From: Candidatus Nanoarchaeia archaeon
GTDB lineage: Archaea; Nanobdellota; Nanobdellia; Woesearchaeales; ARS49
Assembly: GCA_041488275.1 (NCBI GenBank)
Contig: JBGPOY010000002.1
Location: 11,336 to 75,335 of the forward strand
Direction of reading: 5' to 3'
DNA length: 64,000 nucleotides
The notes under the pieces are model-generated. The model did not search any database. It saw only the letters and a list, made by a program, of their open reading frames with translations, and was not told where the DNA came from. Within the stretch, counting starts at the first letter, position 1. Each line of letters opens with the position of its first letter. The translations under genes and the position numbers were made by a program. Positions 33,783 through 42,570 of the stretch are shown here, one piece after another.

Positions 33783-33864
33783 CCTCATGTTGCGGCGACG
33801 AACCTGGCGTTTTGTTCGTAACCTTTAAATACCCTGTTCTATTCGCTTCTACTCGGGGGTAACA

Positions 33865-34626
33865 ATGAAAGCACTCTGGGCTGTCCTGTTCTGCACGCTG
33901 TTCCTGCTTGCAGCCTGCGACATTCCCGCTGCTCCTACGGGCACCACGACGCCGGTTCCTCCGGTCACGCAGCCCGGGCCTGCAGCGCAGCATCCTGCGC
34001 AAACTCCTCCTACAATTTCCACTCCCGTTCACACGCCGCCTTCGACTGGCGCGAATCCGCTGAACACGACACCGCCGAACGCGACGACGCTTGGCATCAA
34101 GCAGTACGTCGGCTCGCTCGGTTTCCAAAGCCCGATGTTCAAGAACAAGCAGTGGGCGCATTACCGCATCACGGTTGAAAACAGCGGCGACACGCACACG
34201 TTCGAGCGCGACTACAGCGTCGTCACGGACTACATGAACAGCGACCCGTGCACGGGCATCGAGCGCAACTCGACCGTTCCGGGAGAATTCCGCACGAAGA
34301 ACCTTTGGTGCGGCGATGTCAAGTACCTGCTCATCTGGAACAACCGCAGCACGTCGTACAGCACGCCCGTCGTTGTCGGACGCCCGTCGCATTGGGAAGA
34401 CAACGACATCAACGCGTTCGAAACAAAGGTCAGCGGACTCTATCAAGTCACCGTGCCCGCCGGAACGTTCTGGACCATCAAGAACAGCAAGTGGGACGGC
34501 ACGACCAAGAAAGACTTGTACGCGTCGCCGCTCATCCCTGGTTTTGAAGGCGGTCTCGTCAAGGAAGTCGACATCGAGAACGGCGTGACCACGACGACGG
34601 AATTGATTGATTACGACGGCGTCTAG
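33865..34626 (+). CDS. Secreted/lipoprotein-like hypothetical protein with Pro/Thr-rich linker
   Basis: MKALWAVLFCTLFLLAAC lipobox-like leader followed by a PT-rich segment. No family recognised. Confidence 0.6.
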   Translation: MKALWAVLFCTLFLLAACDIPAAPTGTTTPVPPVTQPGPAAQHPAQTPPTISTPVHTPPSTGANPLNTTPPNATTLGIKQYVGSLGFQSPMFKNKQWAHYRITVENSGDTHTFERDYSVVTDYMNSDPCTGIERNSTVPGEFRTKNLWCGDVKYLLIWNNRSTSYSTPVVVGRPSHWEDNDINAFETKVSGLYQVTVPAGTFWTIKNSKWDGTTKKDLYASPLIPGFEGGLVKEVDIENGVTTTTELIDYDGV

Positions 34627-34629
34627 AAA

Positions 34630-35298
34630 CTAATCCTCGAACGCAATTTTCCCGTCCAAATACACTCCCTTGTGTAACTTGACCGGACGCCACGTGTCTT
34701 GCACGAGCGTTGCGCCGAGCCAGTCTGCCAATTCCTCGGGGTTGCCAATGGTGGCGGACAGCCCGATGATTTGCAGGTTCTTCAGCAATTTCTTGAGAAT
34801 CGTAATCAGGATTTCGAGCGTCGGACCGCGCTCGACGTCGTTCAGCAGGTGAATCTCGTCGATAATGACGGTCGTGACGTAGCGGAGCCACGGCGCGCTG
34901 TGGCGCGTCAAGGAGTCGAGCTTTTCGGACGTGCACACGATTAAGTCGTAGTCGGCGAGAAACGCGTCCGCGGAATCGATGTCGCTCGAGCTTTGCGCGA
35001 CCTTGAACAAGCCCGCATATTTCCGCTTGAACTCTTTCGTTTTCTCGTTCGCGAGCGCGACGAGGGGAACGATGTAAATTGCTTTGCCGCGGCCGGTCAT
35101 GATGCTTTTGCCCGCCGCCAGTTCGGCAATCAGCGTTTTGCCGGACGCCGTCGGCGTACAGACCAGCAACGACTTGAAATCAAGTAGTCCTGCGTTGATT
35201 GCTTTTTCCTGCGCAGGACGCAACTCAGAAATCCCTTCTTTCGCAATGACGAGCGAGAGGTCTGCCGGAATCTGGTTCTGAATGTCGGCGAGCTTCAT
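34630..35298 (-). CDS. Stand-alone RecA1 half of a Ski2/Hel308-like DEAD/DEAH helicase (truncated or split)
   Basis: Motifs Q/I (LRPAQEKA, TPTASGKT), II (DEIH) and III (SAT). Ends right after WRPVKL, where RecA2 normally begins. Leaderless spacing from a TATA. Confidence 0.7.
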   Translation of the reverse strand: MKLADIQNQIPADLSLVIAKEGISELRPAQEKAINAGLLDFKSLLVCTPTASGKTLIAELAAGKSIMTGRGKAIYIVPLVALANEKTKEFKRKYAGLFKVAQSSSDIDSADAFLADYDLIVCTSEKLDSLTRHSAPWLRYVTTVIIDEIHLLNDVERGPTLEILITILKKLLKNLQIIGLSATIGNPEELADWLGATLVQDTWRPVKLHKGVYLDGKIAFED

Positions 35299-35386
35299 CA
35301 CCCGAACGTCGCGCGGTGGGCTATAAAATGCTTGTGCCGTCGGCACAACAGCAATGCATTTATACCCTCGTGAAGCGTATTCGTGT

Positions 35387-36313
35387 ATGGGGGACATCGA
35401 GGACTATCGTCAGTACTTCAAGGTCGAGAGCGGCACGCTCACGTTTTGCAAAAAGCCGATTTCTCGGCACATTATCGAAGAAACCAAGCGAGTGCTGAAG
35501 CTGCACGTCGCGCCGGACTTGAGCGCGCGCAGCCTCTACGAAGCGCTGATTTTCTGCATCGCCAGCCAGAGAGTGCGTTTCGAGCGTTCGGTCAGTCTCG
35601 TGATGCGAACGCACGGCGCAACGCTCGAACAACTGACCGACAACGCGTTTCTCGAGGACGTGCGAAAAGAAGCGGGCGCGCCGTGTAAGGGCAGGTTCAA
35701 GGAATCGCTGGACTACATGCAGCACTATCCCGGCGGCATCGAAGCGGTCGCGCGCGACTATCTCAAGAATCCGAGAGACATGCGCCGCACGCTCGTCAAG
35801 GAAGTCAAGTGGCTTGCGGCGAAAACCGCGTCGTTCTGGTATCTCTGCATGGGCGGCACGAAGCTGATGACGATGGACGTGCACAACTACCGCCAGATGG
35901 CGGGCGCGGGCGTCGCTATCGACAAGCGCTACTTTGTCGGGCAGCGCCGCACGACCGACGACAGACCTATCACGACCACGCCCGGGCTTTCGAAGTACGA
36001 ACAAATCGAGCAGGACGTGTTCGCGCGCTTCCAAGACTGCCCGACCGCGCAGAACGGGCAAGGAGTGGACGGCGCGTTCGTGACCGGATTGTTTTGGACG
36101 GTGGGAGCTGCAGCGCATCGAGGAGACGACCCGCACCAATCGCGCTGCATCGACGTTCCGGTGCGGTTGGCGTTCGCGACGCCGTACTCGAAGAACGCGG
36201 ACCCGAAGCGCGTAAAGGAATTCCTGCACGAGTACGCCATCCGGAAGCGCTGGGAAAACCCGCGCAACTATGTTCCGCCGAAAACCGAAGGCCAGTCCGA
36301 GCTCCATTTCTGA
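35387..36313 (+). CDS. Hypothetical protein, possibly an HhH-GPD/Ogg2-like DNA glycosylase
   Basis: Segment VKWLAAKTASFWYLCMGGTKLMTMDVHNYRQ resembles the HhH region of thermostable Ogg (K..ASHFLRN....aIlD.H). Weak; judged by eye only. Confidence 0.4.
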   Translation: MGDIEDYRQYFKVESGTLTFCKKPISRHIIEETKRVLKLHVAPDLSARSLYEALIFCIASQRVRFERSVSLVMRTHGATLEQLTDNAFLEDVRKEAGAPCKGRFKESLDYMQHYPGGIEAVARDYLKNPRDMRRTLVKEVKWLAAKTASFWYLCMGGTKLMTMDVHNYRQMAGAGVAIDKRYFVGQRRTTDDRPITTTPGLSKYEQIEQDVFARFQDCPTAQNGQGVDGAFVTGLFWTVGAAAHRGDDPHQSRCIDVPVRLAFATPYSKNADPKRVKEFLHEYAIRKRWENPRNYVPPKTEGQSELHF

Positions 36314-36365
36314 TTAAAAACCTTTAAATAGCCCTCGTCCCCTGTCCGTGATAAAGGGGTGAAAG

Positions 36366-37298
36366 GTGGGAGAAGTACGCCGCGATTACATTCTTGACCG
36401 CTGGGTCGTCATCGTGCCAAAGCGAGGCGCCAGACCGTTCGAATTCAAGAAACCCGTTTCTATTATTGAAGAAAAATGCTTCTTCTGTCCCGGCAACGAA
36501 TCGCTCACGCCGTCCGAAATCGGCAGGATAGGAAGCAAGGACTGGAAAGTGCGCTGGTTCGCGAACAAGTTCGCCGCGTTCGCTCCCGAAGGCGAGCCGA
36601 AGCCAAGAACCGATAACCGTTTCTTCACGTTCGCGTCCAATTACGGTCATCATGAAGTCATCGTGGAAACGCCGCAGCACGGCAAGCAGCTGGCTGAGTT
36701 GAGCGAACAGGACATCGTGAATGTCTTGGAAGCGTACAAGAACCGCATTAACGACCTCTCCGGCGAACCGAACGTCGCGTACGTGCAGGTGTTCAAGAAC
36801 TCCGGCATTGACGCCGGCACGAGTTTGGTGCACTCGCACAGTCAATTGATGACGAGCGCGATTCCGAACAAAGAAGTTCTCGAGAAGGTCGCGGCGCGCA
36901 GGCGTTTCGTCGCGTGTCCGTACTGCGCCATCGTCCCAGCAGAAAAGCAGGGACCGCGCCGCTGCTTCGAAAACAATGACTGGGCGGCGTTTACTCCTTA
37001 CGCTTCGCGGTTCAACTACGAGTGCTGGGTGTTTCCGAAAGCCCACCTCCGCACGCTGAACGAGGCAAATCTCACGACGCTCGCGAACATGCTCAAACAA
37101 GTCCTTGCGAAAATCCATCAACTGCAGGCGTCCTACAATCTTGTCGTGCATTACTCTCCTGCCGGAGAAGACTTGCACTTTCACATCGAACTCCTACCGC
37201 GCATCAGCACATGGGGCGGCTTCGAACTCGGCTCCAATATCATCATCAACACGGTTGCTCCGGAAGACGCGGCGAAATTCTACCGAGGCGAGCAATGA
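36366..37298 (+). CDS. galT: Galactose-1-phosphate uridylyltransferase-like HIT-family nucleotidyltransferase
   Basis: Zn motif CFFCPGNE and active site HSHSQL (HxHxQ). GTG start. Confidence 0.85.
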   Translation: MGEVRRDYILDRWVVIVPKRGARPFEFKKPVSIIEEKCFFCPGNESLTPSEIGRIGSKDWKVRWFANKFAAFAPEGEPKPRTDNRFFTFASNYGHHEVIVETPQHGKQLAELSEQDIVNVLEAYKNRINDLSGEPNVAYVQVFKNSGIDAGTSLVHSHSQLMTSAIPNKEVLEKVAARRRFVACPYCAIVPAEKQGPRRCFENNDWAAFTPYASRFNYECWVFPKAHLRTLNEANLTTLANMLKQVLAKIHQLQASYNLVVHYSPAGEDLHFHIELLPRISTWGGFELGSNIIINTVAPEDAAKFYRGEQ

Positions 37299-39118
37299 AA
37301 ATCGAGCACGTCGCCGGCGGAAAACGCACCATCGCGTCTGAAGGCGATGTGCACATCTTGCAGACCAATCGTACCGGCGGATTTGCGGCGCTCGCGCCCA
37401 AACCAACAAGCAGGTACGAAGGCGTCTTCTTCCGCAAAGGTAACGACGTGTTCAAGGTGATTGAACGCCTCGAACTGCCCGGCACCGTGACGAGCGTCAC
37501 AAACCGCGTGTCGAGCGTTTCTCGCGCGTACGACCACGGTCTTGTCGAAACCTTCTGCATGCCGGACGGTCAGGACGCGCTCATCTATTCACTTGACAAA
37601 CGCAGCGAAGTTTCTCTCGTGTTGGATTGCCGCCAGCTGTACGACAGTAAGCAGTGGGGACGGACGTACACGCTCAGCGTCGACCACAAATGTCTGGTGG
37701 TGTCGTTCCAGAAAAAGAACGATGCTCGAGAGACGAACGGTCAGGAATACGACCTCCATCTCGCCGTTTTCGGCGAAGGAATGGAATTTTTGCCCGTGCA
37801 GCAGTGGAACGAAAATTATTACGACGCCGACCAGCGCCGCAACTCGTTCCCGTGGAGCCGCTGGGTGTTCACGGCGTGCAAGATGCGCGTCAAGGATGCC
37901 GTGTTCGCGTTCGCGACCGACAAAAACAAAGCGGTTGAAACGGCCATCAACGTCTACGCCCAGCGCGCGAAATTCATTGACGCAAAACAGCAACGAATCA
38001 AGCAGCTGCTCAGCGAAAACAAACTCAAAAATCCCGATTTGAACGTCAGCCGCGCGCTCGCCGTCGGAGCGCTTGACGCGCTGCACTGCGGCGACGGAAA
38101 ATCATATGCGGGCATTCCTTGGTTTACGCAGGCGTGGACGCGCGACGAATTGATTTCAATCGGTGCGAACATCGTGCTTGGGGATTTCGTGCACGCCAAG
38201 CACGTCCTGGGCAGATATTTGAGCGAAGCGAAAGGTGCGGTGCTGCCGCGCTTTTCGGGCAGCCCGATGGGCGCGCCGGATGCGCACGTTCCGGCAGCCG
38301 ACGGCATGGGCTGGCTGTTCTTCCGCATGGGGCAGTTCATGGACGCGCTCGAACGTGCGCGGAAACTCAAGACGTTCCTCAAGAGCAGCGAGCTCGATAC
38401 GGCGGAGGACAAGCTCGACACTGCGTTGAACGGGCTGTTCAAAGAACGAAGTAAAGACGGACTCATTATCAACAATCCTGACGAGACGTGGATGGACACG
38501 TCGTTCAACGGCGATTCGAGAGCCGGTGCGAGAATCGAGATTCAGGCGCTCACGCTCGCGATGCTGCAGCTGCACGCGAGATTGACCGGAACGCCCGATC
38601 CGAGAGAAAAAGAACTCCGCGACGCGGTGCGCAAGCATTTCTGGACAGGCAAGACGATCAAAGACGGCAAGGAAGACCCCACCATACGCCCCAATTGCTT
38701 CCTTGCCGCTTTTCTTTATCCGCAGCTCTTTGACAAGAAAGACTGGATGCGCGCGTTTGACGCGATGCTCCCGAAGCTCTGGCTCGACTGGGGCGGGCTT
38801 GCCAGCATCGCGACCGACCATCCGCTGTTCACCGCCAACAGTTCGGGCGAGAACGTCCGCAGCTACCACCGCGGCGATTCCTGGTTCTGGGTGAACAACA
38901 TCGCCGCCATCGTGTTGCACCGGCTGGACAAAAAGAAGTACAGCGATTACATCCGCACCATCCTGAAAGCCAGCATGCATGAGCAGGAAGCGCTCGGTAT
39001 TTCCGGTGCGTCCGGCGAACTGAGCAGCGCGTCGACATTGCGTTCCGAGGGCTGCTGGTCGCAGTTGTGGAGCAGCGCGACGCTCATTGAGCTGTTGCAC
39101 GAACTCGAGAACAAGTAG
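37295..39118 (+). CDS. Glycogen debranching enzyme (amylo-alpha-1,6-glucosidase, archaeal type)
   Basis: Start MKIEHV with ATGA overlap to galT. GDE_C-like motifs GIPWFTQAWTRDELIS, ETWMD, IEIQAL. Confidence 0.85.
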   Translation: MKIEHVAGGKRTIASEGDVHILQTNRTGGFAALAPKPTSRYEGVFFRKGNDVFKVIERLELPGTVTSVTNRVSSVSRAYDHGLVETFCMPDGQDALIYSLDKRSEVSLVLDCRQLYDSKQWGRTYTLSVDHKCLVVSFQKKNDARETNGQEYDLHLAVFGEGMEFLPVQQWNENYYDADQRRNSFPWSRWVFTACKMRVKDAVFAFATDKNKAVETAINVYAQRAKFIDAKQQRIKQLLSENKLKNPDLNVSRALAVGALDALHCGDGKSYAGIPWFTQAWTRDELISIGANIVLGDFVHAKHVLGRYLSEAKGAVLPRFSGSPMGAPDAHVPAADGMGWLFFRMGQFMDALERARKLKTFLKSSELDTAEDKLDTALNGLFKERSKDGLIINNPDETWMDTSFNGDSRAGARIEIQALTLAMLQLHARLTGTPDPREKELRDAVRKHFWTGKTIKDGKEDPTIRPNCFLAAFLYPQLFDKKDWMRAFDAMLPKLWLDWGGLASIATDHPLFTANSSGENVRSYHRGDSWFWVNNIAAIVLHRLDKKKYSDYIRTILKASMHEQEALGISGASGELSSASTLRSEGCWSQLWSSATLIELLHELENK

Positions 39119-39251
39119 TCGATAGCCGCTCGCTTCGGCCCGTCGCCCCGCAACGTCAGCAGCCCAAGCCGTTTGGTTCGCCGCCGCGACGGAGAAGCGC
39201 TGAGTTCTCGACCGTCACTCCTGCCTAGCTCGCATATTGGCTATCGACTAC
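39115..39251. repeat. Perfect 13-bp inverted repeat bracketing a 111-bp GC-rich segment (possible degenerate family member, copy E)
   Basis: gtagtcgatagcc (39115-39127, overlapping the TAG stop) and ggctatcgactac (39239-39251). The interior shares ctgcctag with copy B. Confidence 0.45.
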
Positions 39252-39312
39252 TCGAGCGATAAGTTAATATTCTCGCAAGCACCATTTCTTCTATCATCGT
39301 TGGAGGTTTGGC

Positions 39313-39903
39313 GTGAACGAATATCCCTCACACTTCTGCATGCTCGAGTCCCTGCGCCCGCGCGTCACGCGCGACGCGCTGGTCTGCCCGCTCATCGGCG
39401 AACTGCACAAGACGGACGACGAGTTTCCCTTCGTCACGATGCTTGCCGCCGACCGCGTGTACGACAAGGAATACTCCCGATTCGCAGGCTGGACCCGCCG
39501 GTTGGCGGACCGCATTCTCGCGTCAGGAACCGAGGCTGCGCTGCGCGCCAGCCACGTGGTCAACGCGTACGAACTCATCTGGCAGGGGCTCTACGGGCAG
39601 GATACGGAAATCGTGAAAGAACTCATTGAGTATTTCGGGACGTTTCGGAGGCTGCACGTGCTGCTCTACGACCAAACTGCGAACGCGGACATTCCGCAGA
39701 CCGTCAATCACGTCGTGAAACTCCACGTTCCCGAGCACTCCCTGCAGTTTTTCCACGGCGGCGAGATGGCGGTCGCCAAGTCCATCCCGCTGGAACAGAT
39801 TGTCGGCATCTATTCGCGCAACCCCGCCATCGCGATGCAGCAGCTCGCGGCTTTGGACGCGGAGATTGCGGTCCTGCCGTTCCCTGATAAGGCGAACGCC
39901 TGA
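39313..39903 (+). CDS. Hypothetical protein
   Basis: 196-aa ORF with GTG start preceded by GGAGG. No family recognised. Confidence 0.55.
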   Translation: MNEYPSHFCMLESLRPRVTRDALVCPLIGELHKTDDEFPFVTMLAADRVYDKEYSRFAGWTRRLADRILASGTEAALRASHVVNAYELIWQGLYGQDTEIVKELIEYFGTFRRLHVLLYDQTANADIPQTVNHVVKLHVPEHSLQFFHGGEMAVAKSIPLEQIVGIYSRNPAIAMQQLAALDAEIAVLPFPDKANA

Positions 39904-39946
39904 CCATTTCATAACCTTAATAAGCAAAATCGCTTCTTCTTCACCC

Positions 39947-40540
39947 ATGGACGACCGCGTTGTTCTCGACCGCGAAAGCTTCAAGGCGCTTGCCGCAGAG
40001 TCGAGAATCAAGATTCTCAAGGAACTGCACCGCCGCAGGCAGATGCAGGCGGAGCTTGCGCACGCTCTCGGGCTTGCCCTGCCGTCGGTCAAGGAGCACT
40101 TGGACGCGCTCGAAAAGGCAGGATTGATTGTCAAGAAAGAGGAAGGGCGCAAGTGGAAGTACTACGAGCTCACGATGAAGGGCAAAGCCGTGCTCGACCC
40201 CGAACAAAAGAAGTTCTGGATTATTCTTTCTCTGTTCATTCTCAGCGCGGCGGGCGGGCTTTCCGCGTACGCGCGTGTCTTACTTGCGCAGTTCTACAAC
40301 CCTCCCGTGCAGGCGTTCGCCAAGACCGCTTCACTGGCTGCGCCGCTCGCTCCCGGTCCCGAAGCCGCTGACGCAGGAACGTTGGCCGCGACCGCAGCGC
40401 CCGGAACCGTCATCCCGTGGGGCATCATTATCTACGGCGCCTGGCTCGTCCTGCTCGCAGGAATGCTTATTTACTCGTACGTGCAACGCAAGAAGTACGA
40501 AGGCATTGACCTTACCAAATCCCAGACTATTAATAAATAA
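39947..40540 (+). CDS. ArsR-family wHTH regulator fused to a membrane anchor
   Basis: ESRIKILKEL..QAELAHALGLALPSVKEHLDALEKAGLI, then two TM helices. Confidence 0.75.
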   Translation: MDDRVVLDRESFKALAAESRIKILKELHRRRQMQAELAHALGLALPSVKEHLDALEKAGLIVKKEEGRKWKYYELTMKGKAVLDPEQKKFWIILSLFILSAAGGLSAYARVLLAQFYNPPVQAFAKTASLAAPLAPGPEAADAGTLAATAAPGTVIPWGIIIYGAWLVLLAGMLIYSYVQRKKYEGIDLTKSQTINK

Positions 40541-40568
40541 GGCACTATCCTGGAAAGAGGTGAACCCC

Positions 40569-41309
40569 ATGGAAAAAACAAACAATCTCGCGTGGATTGT
40601 CGCGCTCGCAGCACTGCTCGTCGTGGCATTCCTCGTGTACAACAACGTGTACGGCGCAAGCAACAGCAATACGCTCCGCGACACCATTACTGTCTCGGGC
40701 ACGGCGCAGTTTGACGTCGACCCGGACAAGGCGGACCTCTGGCTCTCGGTCGAGAGCAAAGGCATCGACGCCGCCGCCGCGCAATCGGCGCTCCAGCTCA
40801 AGTCGAACAAAGTCATCGACGCGCTGAAAGCCGAAGGCGTCACGGACAAGGACATCCAAACACAGGGCTACAATGTCTACCCGGACTACACGTACGACCC
40901 GCAGACGGGTCAGAGCACCATCAACGGCTACAAAGCAACGCTCTCGCTGCTCGTGACGACGAAGAAGCTCGACCAGGCGGGACGCTTGGTTGACGTCGCA
41001 GGAGGCGCCGGCGGACTGATTCAGAACGTCCAGTACGGACTGACGGACGAAGCCAAGGCGACCGCGGACGCGCAGGCATTGAAGCTCGCAGCCGCAAACG
41101 CCCACAAAAAGGCGGAAGACCTGACCTCGAGCGTCGGCACCCGCCTCGGCAAGGTCGTTTCCGTGCAGGAAAACAACGTGAACTACCCGTCGTGGCCGCC
41201 GATTTACTACGCCAAGGGCGAAGCAGCGGGAACGACGTCATCGACTCCGTTGCCGCCGAACAGCGTTACGGTCACTTCAACGGTGAGCGTGACGTACGCA
41301 CTCGCGTAG
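40569..41309 (+). CDS. SIMPL (DUF541) domain protein with N-terminal TM anchor
   Basis: TITVSGTAQFDVDPDKADLWLSVESKG.. is a typical SIMPL N-terminus. SD-like GAGGTGA upstream. Confidence 0.75.
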   Translation: MEKTNNLAWIVALAALLVVAFLVYNNVYGASNSNTLRDTITVSGTAQFDVDPDKADLWLSVESKGIDAAAAQSALQLKSNKVIDALKAEGVTDKDIQTQGYNVYPDYTYDPQTGQSTINGYKATLSLLVTTKKLDQAGRLVDVAGGAGGLIQNVQYGLTDEAKATADAQALKLAAANAHKKAEDLTSSVGTRLGKVVSVQENNVNYPSWPPIYYAKGEAAGTTSSTPLPPNSVTVTSTVSVTYALA

Positions 41310-41315
41310 AATTCT

Positions 41316-41376
41316 GATTTATTTTTTCTTATTTTATTCTTTTCTTCTCTCGTTTCTCTCTCGTTTCTTATTCTTC
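41316..41376. terminator. Pyrimidine/T-rich tract between convergent genes
   Basis: gatttattttttcttattttattcttttcttctctcgtttctctctcgtttctta lies between the stops at 41309 and 41378. Confidence 0.4.
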
Positions 41377-41377
41377 T

Positions 41378-42139
41378 TTACTTCATTCCTAATTTTGCAA
41401 GCATGAGTCCGACCAGCACTCCCACAATCGCCCAGCCGTAGTGCACCGCGTGCGCTTTGACGTGGGCGTGGATGCGGTGGTGGAGCGGCAGCGTCGGAAC
41501 GATGGGTTCGGGTTCAGGCTCGTAATCGTCATCGATGACGGGCGCGACTGGCTCGCCGATTTTCGACCTGATGAGCGCCTGCACTTCTTCGAACGAGAGC
41601 GGCAACGGTGCTTTCGGAGGTTCAGGCATGATGCGAGCAGGAGGCAGTTTTGGCAAGGGGTGTTCCTTCGCAATGGTGCGGACAGAGACTTGCGGGGTAA
41701 CGATACGCTTCTTCGTAACTGCCTGAGGCACGGATTTCTTCACTGCAGCGATTTTCTTCATCGGTGCCGTTTTCTTCACGGGCTCCCTGACAATCTCCGT
41801 CGTGCGCGTTCCCTTTATCGGCGATGTCGGTCCGACGTGCAGCACGTGAGGCTCTTTGCCGTGGTTCTCGAGCCGCGCAATGCGCCGTTCGACGACGTCC
41901 GCCATCGCGTCCTTCTCACGAACCTGCGCCAACTGCATCGCAAGGTCTTCGTCCTTGACGATGTGGTATATCCAGTTGTAAAAGTCGTTCTTCGCGTCGT
42001 TGACGTGGTGGCGGAACTGCGCGTCGTTGATTCTGCGCAGCTCACGCTCCAAATCGTACAGGTTCTTGAGCGCCGGCCCGTCTTTCAGCCGAAAGGCGTG
42101 GTCCGGATGCACGTCCCGCAACGCAGGGTGGTACTCCAT
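41378..42139 (-). CDS. Paralog 1 of a three-gene family (conserved ~80-aa N-domain, Pro/Lys-rich linker, C-terminal TM anchor)
   Basis: Shares the pattern F..xDG..l..LyeL...L..m.d..F..Hvn..kNDF..Wi......D..LA with the two upstream genes. TAATG overlap. Confidence 0.7.
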   Translation of the reverse strand: MEYHPALRDVHPDHAFRLKDGPALKNLYDLERELRRINDAQFRHHVNDAKNDFYNWIYHIVKDEDLAMQLAQVREKDAMADVVERRIARLENHGKEPHVLHVGPTSPIKGTRTTEIVREPVKKTAPMKKIAAVKKSVPQAVTKKRIVTPQVSVRTIAKEHPLPKLPPARIMPEPPKAPLPLSFEEVQALIRSKIGEPVAPVIDDDYEPEPEPIVPTLPLHHRIHAHVKAHAVHYGWAIVGVLVGLMLAKLGMK

Positions 42140-42495
42140 TACTTCTGCTCACCCAGCCGTTTTGCTTCGCGCACCAAGTGCTTCAACAGTCCGCGCTGCA
42201 TTTCGATGCGGTTCTTCAGTCGCTTCAACTCTTCGGCGAGCGGCTTGTCGTGGAACACTCCTTCGACCCAGCTGGCGAAGTCGTTCTTGATGTCATTCAC
42301 GAAGCTCTTGAACGTTTCTTCGCTCATCGTTTCGAGTTCGTCGACCAATTCGTACAGCGTGCGCAGTTTCCTGCCGTCGTGCATGACGAATGTCTTGTCG
42401 TCCGGCGCCTGACCGAGCGTCGGTGCTTTCATCGTCGTTGATGCCAGCGCTTTCTTCTCAAACTGCTGGTGCTTTTTTTCTTTCATCTCATTCAC
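42139..42495 (-). CDS. Paralog 2 of the three-gene family
   Basis: FVMHDGRKLRTLYELVDELETMSEETFKSFVNDIKNDFASWVEGVFHDKPLAEEL. Confidence 0.7.
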   Translation of the reverse strand: MNEMKEKKHQQFEKKALASTTMKAPTLGQAPDDKTFVMHDGRKLRTLYELVDELETMSEETFKSFVNDIKNDFASWVEGVFHDKPLAEELKRLKNRIEMQRGLLKHLVREAKRLGEQK

Positions 42496-42570
42496 CTCGC
42501 GGTTATGCTGTTTTTCTGTGCCGTCAGCCGTGCCCTGCAGCGTTCGACAAATTGTTCGCGGTTTGTCATG

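Noticed and set aside
37022-37294. Upstream extension of the debranching-enzyme ORF (track ORF starts at 37022)
   Set aside because: The extension overlaps the 3' end of galT in another frame and translates to Arg/His-rich sequence. MKIEHV at 37295 forms an ATGA overlap with the galT stop.
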